Origin: a virus
Lineage: Duplodnaviria; Heunggongvirae; Uroviricota; Caudoviricetes
Length of the DNA: 64,000 nucleotides
Virus record (IMG/VR): IMGVR_UViG_3300050821_004987
Location: 64,577 to 128,576 of that record
Reading direction: 5' to 3' (one strand)
Each line of letters begins with the position of its first letter. The stretch's first letter is position 1. The translations under genes and the position numbers were made by a program. Positions 62,745 to 64,000 of the stretch are shown in pieces. Under the pieces are notes generated by a model that was not told the origin of the DNA, did no database searches, and was given only the letters and a program-made list of their open reading frames with translations.

Positions 62745-63612
62745 TGGTTGTACGACAATCCCACCGGGACACGTCGGGATTGTTGTCGATCAGTATGGGG
62801 CAAATCGTGGAGTACAAGACTACACAGTTTCGACAGGGAGGGTGATTTACAATCCGATTTCGAAAAGCGTAATCGAGTATCCCACTTACGTTCAGACAAT
62901 CAAGTGGACGGCGAATCCGAAGGAAGGGGGCCTGAACGACAAGCACGATCAAGGGGATTCGGCCGACGAGAGTTTCACATTTACCACATCAAAGGGAACA
63001 GCCATCAACGCCGATGTCAGTCTAGCATTCCAGTTAGACCCAGTTGGCGTTCCAGCATTCTACGTAATGTTTCGATCAGATAACTTAGAGACGTTCGTCT
63101 ATGGTTATTTGCATAACGAGACGAGAAATGCCATGAACGTTATTGGTGGCAAGTACACTGTCGAAGACGTGATGGGAGAGAAGCTTGGTCAATTCATCGA
63201 CGAAGTGGAACAGAGAATCCAGTCGCGTGTATCTCCGTATGGTGTAAAGATCGGCCAGTTTGGTTTCATTGGTCGACCAAGACCACCACAACAGATTACT
63301 GACGCTATAAACAATTCGACAGCAGCTCAATACTTAGCGGCTCAGAAACAGAATGAGTTACAGCAATCTGTTGCTGACGCAAAGAAGAGGGTAGCCGACG
63401 CTCAAGGAGAAGCAGATGCGGCTATTACCAAAGCCAAAGGACAGTCTGAAGCTAATCGGCTTCTCAACGAGTCGCTGTCAGATAAAGTTTTACAGCGATA
63501 TAGTTTAGATGTCCAGTGGCATTTGATCGACAAATGGAATGGTCAGCTACCTGTGACGTCGACGGGGCAAGGGGCCAATATGCTTTACAGTTTGACACCA
63601 CCGCCGAAGTAG
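62677..63612 (+). CDS. SPFH/band-7 (prohibitin/HflK-like) domain membrane protein
   Basis: RBS AAAAGGAGAAGAACG. N-terminal TM anchor, then 'PGHVGIVVDQYG'. C-terminal Ala/Gln-rich coiled-coil 'AAQYLAAQKQNELQQSVADAKKRVADAQGEADAAI'. Confidence 0.55.
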   Translation: MSVGLKVTLVVGAIVLVILLFASGCTTIPPGHVGIVVDQYGANRGVQDYTVSTGRVIYNPISKSVIEYPTYVQTIKWTANPKEGGLNDKHDQGDSADESFTFTTSKGTAINADVSLAFQLDPVGVPAFYVMFRSDNLETFVYGYLHNETRNAMNVIGGKYTVEDVMGEKLGQFIDEVEQRIQSRVSPYGVKIGQFGFIGRPRPPQQITDAINNSTAAQYLAAQKQNELQQSVADAKKRVADAQGEADAAITKAKGQSEANRLLNESLSDKVLQRYSLDVQWHLIDKWNGQLPVTSTGQGANMLYSLTPPPK

Positions 63613-63619
63613 TAAAAGG

Positions 63620-63653
63620 ATGGGGGCTCGAAAAAGGGTCCCCATTTTTTTTT
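63620..63653 (+). terminator. Intrinsic terminator
   Basis: ATGGGGGCTC-gaaaaa-GGGTCCCCAT stem (two G.U wobbles) followed by T9. Confidence 0.6.
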
Positions 63654-63670
63654 ATATGAAAAGGAGAAGA

Positions 63671-63823
63671 ATGATGATATTTGTCTCACTGGAGAATGAG
63701 AAGAAGGTAGCAGATGGGATTCGGAGTGTCGCGGCTTCCATCAAGCGGTTCGTCGATTTGTTGGAGAGATTGGAGAAGCTGGCGTTGAAAGAGATCGAGA
63801 AAAATAAGGCTGGACATCGTTAA
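63671..63823 (+). CDS. Small coiled-coil protein
   Basis: RBS AAAAGGAGAAGA before the ATG. 50 aa. Confidence 0.35.
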   Translation: MMIFVSLENEKKVADGIRSVAASIKRFVDLLERLEKLALKEIEKNKAGHR

Positions 63824-63852
63824 GGGAAAATAAAAGAAAAGGAGATTGAAAA

Positions 63853-64000
63853 TGGCGACATGGATTGAAGGTAAGAATGGTAACAAGTGTTCCGTGGAAT
63901 ACTTTGGAACAAAGGAATCGGCGCAAAAGGCGCTGGACAGCTTGAAGGATTGTGAGAACTGTATTAACTGCTCCCGCTGCTCCGGCTGCTCCGGCTGCTC
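63853..64000 (+). CDS. 3'-partial Cys-repeat protein (CxxC run)
   Basis: RBS AAAAGGAGATTG. '...CENCINCSRCSGCSGC' continues past the window end. Confidence 0.35.
63971..64000 (+). repeat. Tandem 9-nt repeat (gctccggct)n encoding CSG repeats, truncated by the window end
   Basis: 'tgctcccgctgctccggctgctccggctgctc'. Confidence 0.4.

Noticed and set aside
1-64000. Integrase, attachment-site repeats, rRNA or other tRNA genes
   Set aside because: No tyrosine or serine recombinase motifs and no flanking direct repeats were seen. Intergenic regions are short and none folds into a cloverleaf.

Overview
This window reads as one long, uniformly +-strand block of tightly packed genes, typical of a large tailed phage or prophage. 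There are about 95 ORFs, many coupled by ATGA or GTGA stop/start overlaps and preceded by strong AAGGAG-type Shine-Dalgarno sites. No rRNA, CRISPR array, integrase or convincing tRNA was seen. Order of content: a 5'-partial GT2-methyltransferase fusion; signal-peptide-bearing Ig-like and beta-helix proteins; a 1876-aa repeat-built fibre-like protein; a small lysis-like module with an M15 peptidase; a ParB-like nuclease; a 13-kb NDP-sugar and glycosylation island (rfbA, rfbB, C-methyltransferase, two Gmd-family dehydratases, a B12-radical-SAM enzyme, three paralogous glycosyltransferases, two methyltransferases, an embedded ECF-like sigma factor and a DUF559 endonuclease); a cluster of small ORFs sharing the N-terminus MNLAxTI; a second DUF559 endonuclease; a dispersed queC/queD/queE (preQ0, 7-deazaguanine) set interleaved with a class III aminotransferase, a GT2, GT-like ORFs and an Hjc-like nuclease; the terminase large subunit; then small genes with sigma70-like promoters, a vWA protein, GT9-like proteins, a GrpE homologue, a histone-H1-like protein and an SPFH protein. 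Non-coding signals that recur are six homologous GGT-rich upstream cassettes ending in GGTAAGGTAAGGAGAA just before an ATG, two near-identical promoter-plus-hairpin leader modules, three TTGTATAATGAG extended -10 boxes, and several hairpin plus T-run terminators. The strongest candidate for an undescribed system is the queCDE, aminotransferase and glycosyltransferase module, which may specify a new 7-deazaguanine derivative, together with the MNLAxTI N-terminal family as possible virion-targeted proteins. All calls come from reading the sequence by eye and remembered motif knowledge. No searches were run, and coordinates of hand-found elements may be off by 1-2 nt.
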